From Rhodospirillales bacterium (GTDB lineage Bacteria; Pseudomonadota; Alphaproteobacteria; Rhodospirillales; UBA2165), in assembly GCA_022823235.1 (NCBI GenBank), contig JAJDXO010000026.1, forward strand, positions 66,807 to 130,806: a stretch of DNA of 64,000 nucleotides. Reading direction: 5' to 3'. A program made the translations under genes and the position numbers. Shown here piece by piece: positions 10,401-18,203 of the stretch. Position 1 is the stretch's first letter. Each line of letters begins with the position of its first letter. A model generated the notes under the pieces. It was not told the DNA's origin. It ran no database searches and saw nothing but the letters and a program-made list of their open reading frames with translations.

Positions 10401-10968
10401 GCGCGATTCCCGCCAAGCCGAAATCGAGTATTTCCTGGACGTTGGCCGGATTGAGGATGGGGATCATTGCGGCGATGAGCGCCTGTTCCGACTGGTGCGC
10501 CGTGGTCGAAGACTTGGCCATGTGGTCGTCGCCGGCAAGCACCAATACCCCGCCGTGGCTGGAGGAGCCCGCCAGGTTGCCGTGCTTGAGCGGATCGCCG
10601 GACCGGTCGACGCCGGGCCCCTTGCCGTACCAGATGGCGAACACACCGTCGTGTTTCGAGGGCTCGCTGACCCCCAACTGCTGCGTGCCCCAGCAGGCGG
10701 TCGCCGCCATATCCTCGTTGACGCCCGACTGGAAGGTGACCTGGTGTGCGTCCAGGTGCTGCTGCGCCTGCCACAGCGCCGTGTCGTATCCGCCGAGGGG
10801 CGAGCCCCGATATCCGGAAATGAACCCTGCCGTATCCAGCCCCGCGGCCTTGTCCCGGCGATGCTGAACCAACGGCAATCGAACGAGCGCCTGCACGCCG
10901 GTCACGTAAATGCGGCCGTCGTCGGAGGTGTATTTGTCGTCGAGGCTAAATGAGAATGACCCGTCCAT
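7495..10968 (-). CDS. fused indolepyruvate:ferredoxin oxidoreductase family protein (IorA-IorB type 2-oxoacid:ferredoxin oxidoreductase)
   Basis: 1157 aa. TPP motif MGDGTYYHSG, Fe-S motif CEGCGDCGETSNC, and a C-terminal IorB-like domain. Its stop abuts the CitE-like stop (7494/7495). Confidence 0.9.
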   Translation of the reverse strand: MDGSFSFSLDDKYTSDDGRIYVTGVQALVRLPLVQHRRDKAAGLDTAGFISGYRGSPLGGYDTALWQAQQHLDAHQVTFQSGVNEDMAATACWGTQQLGVSEPSKHDGVFAIWYGKGPGVDRSGDPLKHGNLAGSSSHGGVLVLAGDDHMAKSSTTAHQSEQALIAAMIPILNPANVQEILDFGLAGIALSRYSGCWVGLKCVADTVESAASVDGSLDRMQLTEPGDFHIPPDGVHFRWPDGAVAKEVRHVDVKLKAAQAFVRWNRLDRQTHASGTKRLGIVATGKAWTDVCQAFEELGLTDRQVADLGISVFKVAMPWPLVPEPVREFCAGHQEVLVVEEKRNIIEDQLARMLFDLPDGRRPRLVGKRDEKGRALVPESGELTGTMLARIIAGRFLDEERRSCLNDALSALSRRTQAEGRNADLGERKPWFCAGCPHNTSTKVPEGSSALAGIGCHTLSVYMDRSVGAYTHMGGEGGTWIGMAPFSTTEHMFQNMGDGTYYHSGLLAVRAAVRAGVNITYKILYNDAVALTGGQAVEGNLTPADITRQLRAEGVRRILVVTDEPEKYPEDTPFADGVEVHERHELDRLQRELREVPGATAIVYDQTCAAEKRRRRKRGTFPDPDQRMFINDLVCEGCGDCGETSNCVAVRPVETPFGRKRAIDQSSCNKDFTCLDGFCPSFVTVRGGTLRKAAKPETASGGDPAAGLPIPAAAGFDVTCNVLLGGIGGTGVITVGALLGVAAHLDGLAVSVLDQTGLAQKNGAVGSHVRIARSVEHLAATRIGAGMTDVLLGFDMITAASQEMISTLSRDRSHAVVNSHLVPLASFAEQPDMSIDGGGYRDAISAQIGAERATMLNATHLAERIMGDTIMSNIFMIGFALQKGYLPVSLGSLEKAIRLNGVAVEANLRALAWGRVAAEDLSRVLELAGGEDDAQPPETVDRIVERRVESLTAYQNAGFAETYGSAVARVRDAEAAVAPGRTELTEAVARSLYKLMAVKDEYEVARLFTDGRFEAKLREQFEGDFKIAFNFAPPMFAKIDPVTGRPEKMAYPAPWYFALQLLAKLRCLRGTALDIFRYSEDRKMERKLLSAYQGTLDEILSNLNAANYETAVELAALPQSIRGYGPVKDKHAEAAREKAKALRELFHQNPAEAEAAE

Positions 10969-11020
10969 CCGGACGCTGCTCCCGGTGTTTCGGTTATTTA
11001 ACCGCTTGCCGGGCCCGAGT

Positions 11021-11935
11021 TCAAACGGCGCCGGTCCGCCGTTCCTTCGCCAGCGCCTCGGCCCGCGCTTCGCGATGCACCATATACAGTCCGCTGCCGA
11101 CGATCAGCGCGGCGCCCGTCCAGACGAAGGCGTCCGGCACATCCCCCCAAATGATGAAGCCGAGAATGACCGCCCACAGGAGCACCGTATATTCGAAGGG
11201 CGCCACGGCGCCCACCGGGGCGACGACGAAGGCCTGGGTCATGCCCGCGTAGCCGATCAGGGTGAACACGCCCATGGCCGCGAAGACGGCCGCGTGCTCC
11301 AGCGTCATGGGCTTCCAGACCCAGGGGAGCGCGGCGCTTCCGATCAGCATCATCCCCAACATGACATAGAACACCAGCCGCAGCGTCGATTCGGTCTCCC
11401 TGAGCCAGCGCGCCGTGAGGTTGATGGTCGCAAAAGACAGCCCCGCCAGAAGCGCCAGGATGGCGGCCGGCTCGAAGACCCCCGCCCCCGGGCGCAGCGC
11501 GATGACCACGCCCGCGAACCCCATGAAGATGGCGAACCAGCGGTGGATACCGATGTGTTCCTTGAACAAGGGAACCGACAGCGCCGCGGTCATGAAGGTG
11601 GAGCCGAAGACGATCACCGTCACGTCGGCGAGCGGCATGTATATCAGCGCTGTGAACATCAGTGCGGGTCCCGGGAACGCCAGCAGCAGGCGGATGAAAT
11701 GACGGCCGGGGCGCCTGGTCGGCAATTCGGCGAGCCGGCCGGTCGCCGCCGCCCAAATGAGGAACGCCACGATAATGAACCAGCCCCGGACCGCCAGCAC
11801 CTGAAAGACATGATAGTCGGCGCCCACCAGCCATTTGCCGGAAGCATCGACGCCGCCCATGCCCAGCATGCCGATGATCATGCAGCCGATGCCGAACAGG
11901 CGCCGGTCGCGGGACGGCGCTTGGACGCCGGTCAT
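11021..11935 (-). CDS. DMT superfamily (EamA) permease
   Basis: 304 aa, about 10 hydrophobic segments, two EamA-like halves. Start lies 3 nt after the ligase stop. Confidence 0.8.
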   Translation of the reverse strand: MTGVQAPSRDRRLFGIGCMIIGMLGMGGVDASGKWLVGADYHVFQVLAVRGWFIIVAFLIWAAATGRLAELPTRRPGRHFIRLLLAFPGPALMFTALIYMPLADVTVIVFGSTFMTAALSVPLFKEHIGIHRWFAIFMGFAGVVIALRPGAGVFEPAAILALLAGLSFATINLTARWLRETESTLRLVFYVMLGMMLIGSAALPWVWKPMTLEHAAVFAAMGVFTLIGYAGMTQAFVVAPVGAVAPFEYTVLLWAVILGFIIWGDVPDAFVWTGAALIVGSGLYMVHREARAEALAKERRTGAV

Positions 11936-11938
11936 CGG

Positions 11939-13783
11939 TTATGCCACTTGAATGACATCGTCGCCGGGTCGGGCTTCGTAGAGCTTGGCGACGAGATCCG
12001 CCCGCCGGTCGAGGGTTGCCCGCTGATTGACGTAGCCCTTGTCGGTAATCTCGTTGGCATCGATCTGCGGCGGCTCGGTCATCAACAGGACCCGTTTCAC
12101 CGACCGGCTGGAGCCGCCCGCTTCCTTGTTGTGGGCCGCCAGCTTCCCGGCAATGAAATCGCGGACCGCCGAACTGGCGGCGATGTCGTCGGGCGATGCG
12201 TCCTCGGCCAGGCCGCCGATCTCACGGCAACCGACGGAATTGGGCCAGACCAGAAGGCCGATAAACGGCTTGTCGTGGCCGCAGACGACGGCGTCCTGGA
12301 TGGCCGGCGCCGCAGCAGCGATCAAATCCGGCCGCAGCACGCCGGGATGCACCCAGGTTCCCGTGTCCAGCTTGAAGTCCTCGGTTACCCGGCCGTCGAA
12401 CAGCAAACCCTTGGCCGGGTCGTCCGGGTCCTCGAACCGCATGCCGTCACCGAACCTGAAGAAGCCGTCCTCGTCGAACGCCGCCCGGGTGAGATCGGGG
12501 CGGCCAAGATAACCGGGGGTGATGGTCGGACCCTTGCCGCGAATCTCCATTTTCTCGGCCACCGGCGCAAGCTTCACCTCTACCCCCGGAGCCGGCACGC
12601 CCACATTGCCGGCGTGATCGATGATCCAATGGGTGGCGGTGATCATCGGCGCGGATTCGGTCGAGCCAAAGGCCGACGCCATGACGATCCGCTCGCCGAC
12701 CGTGTCCAATGCCAGCTTCTCCAGCCGCCGCCACAAATCCTGCGACAGCGCCGCGGCCGCATAAAAGATGAAGCCCAAATCCCTGAAGAAGGTCTCGCGC
12801 AGCTCCTGGTCCTGCTCCAGATACGGCACCAGCATGCCGTAACCGACGGGCACGTTGTAATGGGCGGTCGGTGAAATCTCCCGGAGATTGGCGACCGTCT
12901 TCTCGATCAGGCCGGGCGCAGGTTTCCCCTCGTCGACGTAGAAGGTCCCGCCCGTCTTCAACACCAATCCCTGGCAGAAGTTGCCCCCGAACGTGTGGTT
13001 CCAGGGCAGCCAGTCGACGAGCACCGGCGGAACCTCGGCATAGAACGGGATTTGCTGGATGTTCATCTGCTGATTGGCGCACAGCATCCGGTGGGTATTG
13101 ATTACCCCTTTCGGCATGCCGGTGGATCCGGAGGTGAAGAGGTATTTCGCCGCCGAATCGGGATCGACGGCGGCGAACGCGGCATCCACGGCTCCCGTCG
13201 CCGCGGTTCCCTGGAGCTCGCCGATTTGCGTGGCGTCTCTCCCCGGGGGAGCATCCTCGCTATAGAGGATTTCGGCGCCGCCAAAATCCACGGCGTTCAG
13301 AACCTTTTCGAACATCCCGCCGCCGGCCACGTAGACCAATCCCGGCTTCACCAACTCGTTGATCAGCTTCACCTTGGCGAAGTCCCGGCTCATCAGCGAA
13401 TAGGCCGGGGACACCGGCGCGACGGGAATGCCGACCTGCATGGCCGCCAGCGACAGAAGACCGTGATCGATGGAATTGCCCGACAACAGCATCACCGGCC
13501 TCTCCGGACCCAGGCCGCGATCGAGCAGAGCCTGGGACATGCTGTCGCAGATCGTCCGGGCCTCGGCGTATGTCACCTTCCGCCAGCCGCCGGCGGCATC
13601 GCGCTCGGCCAGATAGGTCTTGCCGGGGCGTTCCGCGGCCCAGCGACGGAGCATGTCGCCCCATTGAGTCTCATAGGCCCGCAGCGGGTCGCCATTGGTC
13701 AGCAAAACGCTCCCATCGGCGAGCGTTTCCATGCCGATGGACGGTTTTGCCAAATTTATTCGGCGAATTGGCGCGATGGCCAT
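11939..13783 (-). CDS. AMP-dependent acyl-CoA ligase, feruloyl/hydroxycinnamoyl-CoA synthase-like
   Basis: Start set at ATG 13783 (MAIAPIRRINLAKP). AMP-binding motif YLFTSGSTGMPKGV. About 614 aa, as for FCS-type ligases. The 73-codon N-terminal extension of ORF 11939..14002 overlaps the upstream SDR. Confidence 0.8.
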   Translation of the reverse strand: MAIAPIRRINLAKPSIGMETLADGSVLLTNGDPLRAYETQWGDMLRRWAAERPGKTYLAERDAAGGWRKVTYAEARTICDSMSQALLDRGLGPERPVMLLSGNSIDHGLLSLAAMQVGIPVAPVSPAYSLMSRDFAKVKLINELVKPGLVYVAGGGMFEKVLNAVDFGGAEILYSEDAPPGRDATQIGELQGTAATGAVDAAFAAVDPDSAAKYLFTSGSTGMPKGVINTHRMLCANQQMNIQQIPFYAEVPPVLVDWLPWNHTFGGNFCQGLVLKTGGTFYVDEGKPAPGLIEKTVANLREISPTAHYNVPVGYGMLVPYLEQDQELRETFFRDLGFIFYAAAALSQDLWRRLEKLALDTVGERIVMASAFGSTESAPMITATHWIIDHAGNVGVPAPGVEVKLAPVAEKMEIRGKGPTITPGYLGRPDLTRAAFDEDGFFRFGDGMRFEDPDDPAKGLLFDGRVTEDFKLDTGTWVHPGVLRPDLIAAAAPAIQDAVVCGHDKPFIGLLVWPNSVGCREIGGLAEDASPDDIAASSAVRDFIAGKLAAHNKEAGGSSRSVKRVLLMTEPPQIDANEITDKGYVNQRATLDRRADLVAKLYEARPGDDVIQVA

Positions 13784-13791
13784 GGGCGGAT

Positions 13792-14553
13792 CTACCTCGC
13801 CGCCATCCTCAGCGAGCCGTCCAGGCGGATCGTCTCGCCGTTCAGGTAGCGGTTCTCGCAAATGTGAAGCGCCAGCTCGGCATATTCCTCGGGCTTTCCG
13901 AGGCGCGCCGGGAACGGCACGCTCACGCCCAGCGACTCCTGCGCTTCGGGCGGGAGAATATCCATCAACGGGGTCAACAGAACGCCGGGCGCGATGGTGC
14001 ATACCCGTACGCCGCGCTGCGCGAGGTCGCGGGCGATGGGCAGCGTCATCGAGACCACGCCGCCCTTGGACGCCGAATAGGCCGCCTGGCCGATCTGACC
14101 GTCATAGGCGGCGACCGATGCGGTCATGATGACAACGCCCCGCTCGCCGTCCTCGAGCTCGTCGGCCTGGGTCGCATGGACCGCGAACAGGCGCGTTGCG
14201 TTGAAGGTGCCGATGAGGTTGATCGTGACGATCCTGGAGAACAGACCCAAATCGTGAGGACCATTGCGCCCGACCACCCGGGCCGCACCGCCGATGCCGG
14301 CGCAGTTGACCAAAATACGCGCCGGCCCGTGGGCGTCCATTCCGGCGTCCAGCGCAGCCTGAACGGCACTCTCGTCGGTGACGTCGCACGGCGCGAAAAC
14401 GCCGCCCAGTTCTTCGGCGACCTGCGTGCCGAGGTCTTCGTTCAGATCGGCGATCGTTATCTTCGCGCCCCTGGCGGCGAGAAGACGGGCCGCGGCCGCG
14501 CCCAGGCCCGATGCGCCGCCGGAGACAAAAGCGGCGTGTCCGTTGACGTCCAT
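13792..14553 (-). CDS. SDR family 3-hydroxyacyl-CoA dehydrogenase (HSD17B10-like)
   Basis: 253 aa. Cofactor motif FVSGGASGLG and catalytic YSASKGG. Overall resembles type-2 hydroxyacyl-CoA dehydrogenases. Confidence 0.85.
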   Translation of the reverse strand: MDVNGHAAFVSGGASGLGAAAARLLAARGAKITIADLNEDLGTQVAEELGGVFAPCDVTDESAVQAALDAGMDAHGPARILVNCAGIGGAARVVGRNGPHDLGLFSRIVTINLIGTFNATRLFAVHATQADELEDGERGVVIMTASVAAYDGQIGQAAYSASKGGVVSMTLPIARDLAQRGVRVCTIAPGVLLTPLMDILPPEAQESLGVSVPFPARLGKPEEYAELALHICENRYLNGETIRLDGSLRMAAR

Positions 14554-14570
14554 GTCGGTTCCTCGGAAGT

Positions 14571-16778
14571 TTACGTGCTGGCTCTCGGCTTATCCCAGAT
14601 GGCCGTGTTCTCGTCCGTCCGTTGGCCTTCGACCTCCGCCAACGCCGGCGTCGGATTATAATGTTCCGGTTTCGGCTTGCCGGCCGCGAGGCGCGCCTTG
14701 GCCTCTTCCGGCGTCTCCAACAGCGCCTTGGCCTCCAACGCTTCTTTCCGATCGACGGGCAACGGGTCCATGAGATTGCCCGGAGGCATCATGTCGGCAT
14801 GGTAGTACGCCATCTTCTGCTGGTCGGGATCGATCTTGTGGTCGAGATTGAGATCCCGTTGATTGACGCCCTTGCGGGGCTCGACGGCGACACCGTCGAC
14901 GATCTCCATATCAAGCCACCACTTCTTCACCGGGTTCCGGACCCCGTGGCGCAGGAAGTCGTCCAGCCACACGGCGATCGGCACCAGGAACGGTTTCGAC
15001 CAGCGCTGGTTAACCCCGAACCAGGAGGCAATGCGGGTCATGATCGGACCCTGGGCGGTCACCACCTTGTTCAAGGGGCAGGTCTTCATGCACCGCCCGC
15101 AGGCAAGACCCTTGGGATTGGTGACCCGGTAGCGGGTGCAGCGCTCCACATCCGGCTTCCACATTTCATAACCGTTGAACATCACCTTCTTGCCCCAGGA
15201 AATACTGTCGCAGGGGCATTCGCGGGCGCATTTCCAGCAATTTTCGCAGAAATACTGGAGGCCGAAATCGACCGGCCTGTCCACCTCGAGCGGGATATCG
15301 GTGGTCAGCACGACGGTCTTCAGGCGCGGACCGATAAAGGGATTGAGAATCACTTCGCCGATTCGGCTGAGTTCGCCAAGGCCCGCCCAAAGGGTTACCG
15401 GCGTGTGCAGCACGTCGGAATCCGCGTTGGTCTGGGAGCGGGACGAGAACCCGAGCTGGCGCAGCATATCGCCCATGATCCCGGCGATCTCGGCGCCCCG
15501 CATATAGGCGCGCATGGATTGCGCCCCGGAAATGAAATCGTCGCCGGAGGCCCCTTCCATGGTCTCATAGCCCTGGTCGATCAGCATCACCACCGCATAC
15601 TTGTGGTAAGGCGTGATTTCCGAACCGTCCTTCTTGTGGGAATACCAGGCGTACTCCGGCACTTCGCAAATGCCGGTTACCTCGGAGCCGAGAAAATAAC
15701 TCAGCGACTTGATGGCCCGCGCGTTCGCCGCCGGGTCGTCATAGCCGGGCGCCACCGGCGCCACGTCGCCGCCCTGGTGCGGCACCATGGACTTGATCAG
15801 GCTGACCATGGCCTGGGCGAAGGGGTGCTTGAAGGCGAACCGGTTGCGCTCGATGCGCGATTTGTCGCCGAGGTCGCCGCGGGCGGCCCGCTCGAAAAAC
15901 TCGGCGCGTTTCGGCACCCGGGGAACTTCTTCGTCGATGATCAGCGTCGTCGGTCTCTCGACCCGGTCGACCTGTTCCATCGGGAATATGCCAAGGTCGC
16001 TGCGGCGCTTCTTGCGCCGGTTCCACTCGATTCCCGGCACCGCGCCGCCGACACCAAGCCAATAGCCGAGACCCTTGGCGCTCCTCGCGCTGGCGTGCAG
16101 CGGCCGGTCGGTCTCCAGCTCGTATGCCGTCGTCACCACGGCGATCTCGAACTCCCTGCCCAGATAGGGATTGGTGATTCCGTCGCCGTCGCGCAGCGCC
16201 ACGCCGGCGATGACCGCCAACCGGTCCATATCCACGTCACCCTCGTAGGCGTCGTGGGCTCCGGACTCGAAGCCCATGAACTGGATGTGTTCGGCAACCG
16301 CGATGGCGACCTCGTAGGCCCGCAGGGACGCCGCCTCCTTTTCCAGATCGAGGCACCAGGCATGCGCCAGATTTTCAGGTTCGGGCATCCGTCCATGCGC
16401 CTGGACGATGACCACCGCATGGGTGTGGCCGGACGGCGCCGCATCGGCATACCACGCGTTCTCCGGAATTTCGCAAATGCCGACCTGAGCCACGTCCAGG
16501 AAGTAGGCGGCCCCCTTGATGTCCACTGAACGGCGATGAAGGTCATCGGGCACCGGCGCCTTGGGCGGCAACGGGTCGTTGACCCCCAACCCGCGGTAGA
16601 TGTCCATATACTTGGCAAGGGAGACGCCGAGCGGTCCCTTGTCGGCGCCGTTCGCGGCCGGCCTCGCCGCCTTGGGGCGCGCCGCTTCGCCGGCGAGCAC
16701 GCTCACATCCCGCTTCAACCGCTCGAGCGGGAACGGCCCGTATTCAAACGGCCGCTTGTCGTTGCCGAAGAAAATCAT
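14571..16778 (-). CDS. rdhA: cytoplasmic (Tat-less) reductive dehalogenase homologue, cobalamin / 2x[4Fe-4S] type
   Basis: 735 aa. FCENCWKCARECP (aa 510-522) and CGRCMKTCP (aa 560-568) are RdhA twin-cluster motifs. The core module is duplicated (aa ~80-226 and ~350-502). No RRxFLK motif and no rdhB gene. GGGAGAG RBS 6 nt upstream of ATG 16778. Confidence 0.75.
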   Translation of the reverse strand: MIFFGNDKRPFEYGPFPLERLKRDVSVLAGEAARPKAARPAANGADKGPLGVSLAKYMDIYRGLGVNDPLPPKAPVPDDLHRRSVDIKGAAYFLDVAQVGICEIPENAWYADAAPSGHTHAVVIVQAHGRMPEPENLAHAWCLDLEKEAASLRAYEVAIAVAEHIQFMGFESGAHDAYEGDVDMDRLAVIAGVALRDGDGITNPYLGREFEIAVVTTAYELETDRPLHASARSAKGLGYWLGVGGAVPGIEWNRRKKRRSDLGIFPMEQVDRVERPTTLIIDEEVPRVPKRAEFFERAARGDLGDKSRIERNRFAFKHPFAQAMVSLIKSMVPHQGGDVAPVAPGYDDPAANARAIKSLSYFLGSEVTGICEVPEYAWYSHKKDGSEITPYHKYAVVMLIDQGYETMEGASGDDFISGAQSMRAYMRGAEIAGIMGDMLRQLGFSSRSQTNADSDVLHTPVTLWAGLGELSRIGEVILNPFIGPRLKTVVLTTDIPLEVDRPVDFGLQYFCENCWKCARECPCDSISWGKKVMFNGYEMWKPDVERCTRYRVTNPKGLACGRCMKTCPLNKVVTAQGPIMTRIASWFGVNQRWSKPFLVPIAVWLDDFLRHGVRNPVKKWWLDMEIVDGVAVEPRKGVNQRDLNLDHKIDPDQQKMAYYHADMMPPGNLMDPLPVDRKEALEAKALLETPEEAKARLAAGKPKPEHYNPTPALAEVEGQRTDENTAIWDKPRAST

Positions 16779-16815
16779 TCCATCTCTCCCATCTCTTATT
16801 GTTATTCTTAATAAA

Positions 16816-16832
16816 TGTTCGGATTACGAACA
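16816..16832. promoter_or_regulatory. palindromic operator candidate TGTTCG-N5-CGAACA upstream of rdhA
   Basis: Perfect 6-bp arms nested inside ATTGTT(16798)..AACAAT(16834), in the AT-rich leader 38-54 nt upstream of the rdhA ATG. Confidence 0.35.
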
Positions 16833-16994
16833 ATATGCCGATTATGCACGATCATACCATAGACGCAATTACGGCGTTTGAATGGATTGCGACAAGTCCG
16901 ACTGGTGGAAAGTCGCCGGTTTGGAGTTGATGGGCAGGGGCATTGCTTGATCCGGCGCCCGTGCTATGACTTGGTTCAACCTCGGTAGCCGCGG

Positions 16995-18155
16995 ATGGCG
17001 CAGATGAGCCCGACTTCCAACCTCGGACCCAACCAAACCCTGATCGGCCGGCCCGGCTCGCGCCATCGGCTCGCAACGCCGGCGCTGATCGTCGAGCTGG
17101 GCGCGCTCGAACGCAACATTGCCAAAATGGCCCGGGATCATGCGGCGATCGGTCTCGATCTCCGGCCCCACGCCAAGACGCATAAATCCGCGGCCATAGC
17201 CCGCAAGCAGATCGATGCGGGTGCCCTGGGAGTCTGCTGCGCCACGCTCCGCGAGGCCGAAGCCATGGCGGCCGCCGATATTCCCGGCGTCCACCTCTCC
17301 TCGCCCGTGGTCGGCGACGGCAAGCTGCGCCGGCTCGCGGCACTCAACGCCGAAGCCGAGGGGCTGATGGTGGTGGCGGACAATCAGCAAAACCTGGCGC
17401 AACTCGATGAAGCCGCCGAAGCGAGCGGCGACTCCCTGAACGTGCTGGTCGATATTGATGTGGGCATGGCGCGAACCGGCGTCGGGACGGTGGAAGGCGC
17501 GGTGCGCCTGGCCCGGGCCGTATCGGATGCGGAATATCTAACCTACAGGGGAATCCAGGGATATTCCGGGAGGGTTCAGCACATCGAACGCCTCGGCGAG
17601 CGGACGGAAGTGTACGGGGCTCACCTCGATCACCTGCGCGATGTCGTCGAGGCGTTGAGAGATGCCGGTCTGGCGCCGGAAATCGTCTCGGGTGGCGGCA
17701 CCGGCACCCATGGGATCGACCGTGAGGCGGGCCTGTTCACCGAACACCAGGCGGGCTCCTACATCTTCATGGATGTGGAGTACAACGCGGTCGAATTCGA
17801 CGGAACCGGCGAGCCCCCCTTTGAAACCGCGCTGTTCGTCCAGTGCTCGGTGGTGAGCAACAACGCCGAGGGTTTCGTCACCATCGACGGCGGCTTCAAG
17901 TGTTTCGCCACCGACGGCCCCAAGCCCCGGATCGCCGCAACAAGTATCGAGGGCGCCGGGTTCGACCGGTTCGGCGACGAACACGGCAAGGTCATTCTCC
18001 CTGAGGGCGCAAACGAGAAGCCCGGTCTCGGCGACTCGATCCTGCTGATCACCCCCCACTGCGACCCGACGGTCAATCTCCACGACTACTATCACGTCGT
18101 CGACGGCGATACGCTGGTCGATATCTGGCCGGTGGACGCCCGGGGCGTTTTGTAG
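16995..18155 (+). CDS. DSD1-family PLP enzyme (D-serine dehydratase / D-threonine aldolase / D-3-hydroxyaspartate-type, alanine-racemase N-fold)
   Basis: 386 aa. PLP-lysine motif RPHAKTHKS. C-terminal HCDPTVNLHD is typical of the family. Confidence 0.8.
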   Translation: MAQMSPTSNLGPNQTLIGRPGSRHRLATPALIVELGALERNIAKMARDHAAIGLDLRPHAKTHKSAAIARKQIDAGALGVCCATLREAEAMAAADIPGVHLSSPVVGDGKLRRLAALNAEAEGLMVVADNQQNLAQLDEAAEASGDSLNVLVDIDVGMARTGVGTVEGAVRLARAVSDAEYLTYRGIQGYSGRVQHIERLGERTEVYGAHLDHLRDVVEALRDAGLAPEIVSGGGTGTHGIDREAGLFTEHQAGSYIFMDVEYNAVEFDGTGEPPFETALFVQCSVVSNNAEGFVTIDGGFKCFATDGPKPRIAATSIEGAGFDRFGDEHGKVILPEGANEKPGLGDSILLITPHCDPTVNLHDYYHVVDGDTLVDIWPVDARGVL

Positions 18156-18203
18156 CGGGTTCATCGAAGACGGGGAACGGATTCCCGGGGACGTGGATTA
18201 GGA

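Noticed and set aside
10910-12874. 654-aa ORF on the + strand
   Set aside because: Antisense to the EamA permease and the acyl-CoA ligase. Extremely Arg/Asp/Gly/His-rich with no recognisable motif.
13784-14002. 73-codon N-terminal extension of the acyl-CoA ligase ORF. Similar extensions occur at 798..1082, 22344..22457, 27141..27218 and 54532..54642.
   Set aside because: The extensions overlap the upstream gene or intergenic DNA, are Arg/Pro-rich, and lack an RBS. Internal ATGs with Shine-Dalgarno motifs match the family N-termini.
14622-16529. 635-aa ORF on the + strand
   Set aside because: Antisense shadow of the rdhA-like gene. No motifs. The minus-strand frame carries the Fe-S signatures and an RBS.
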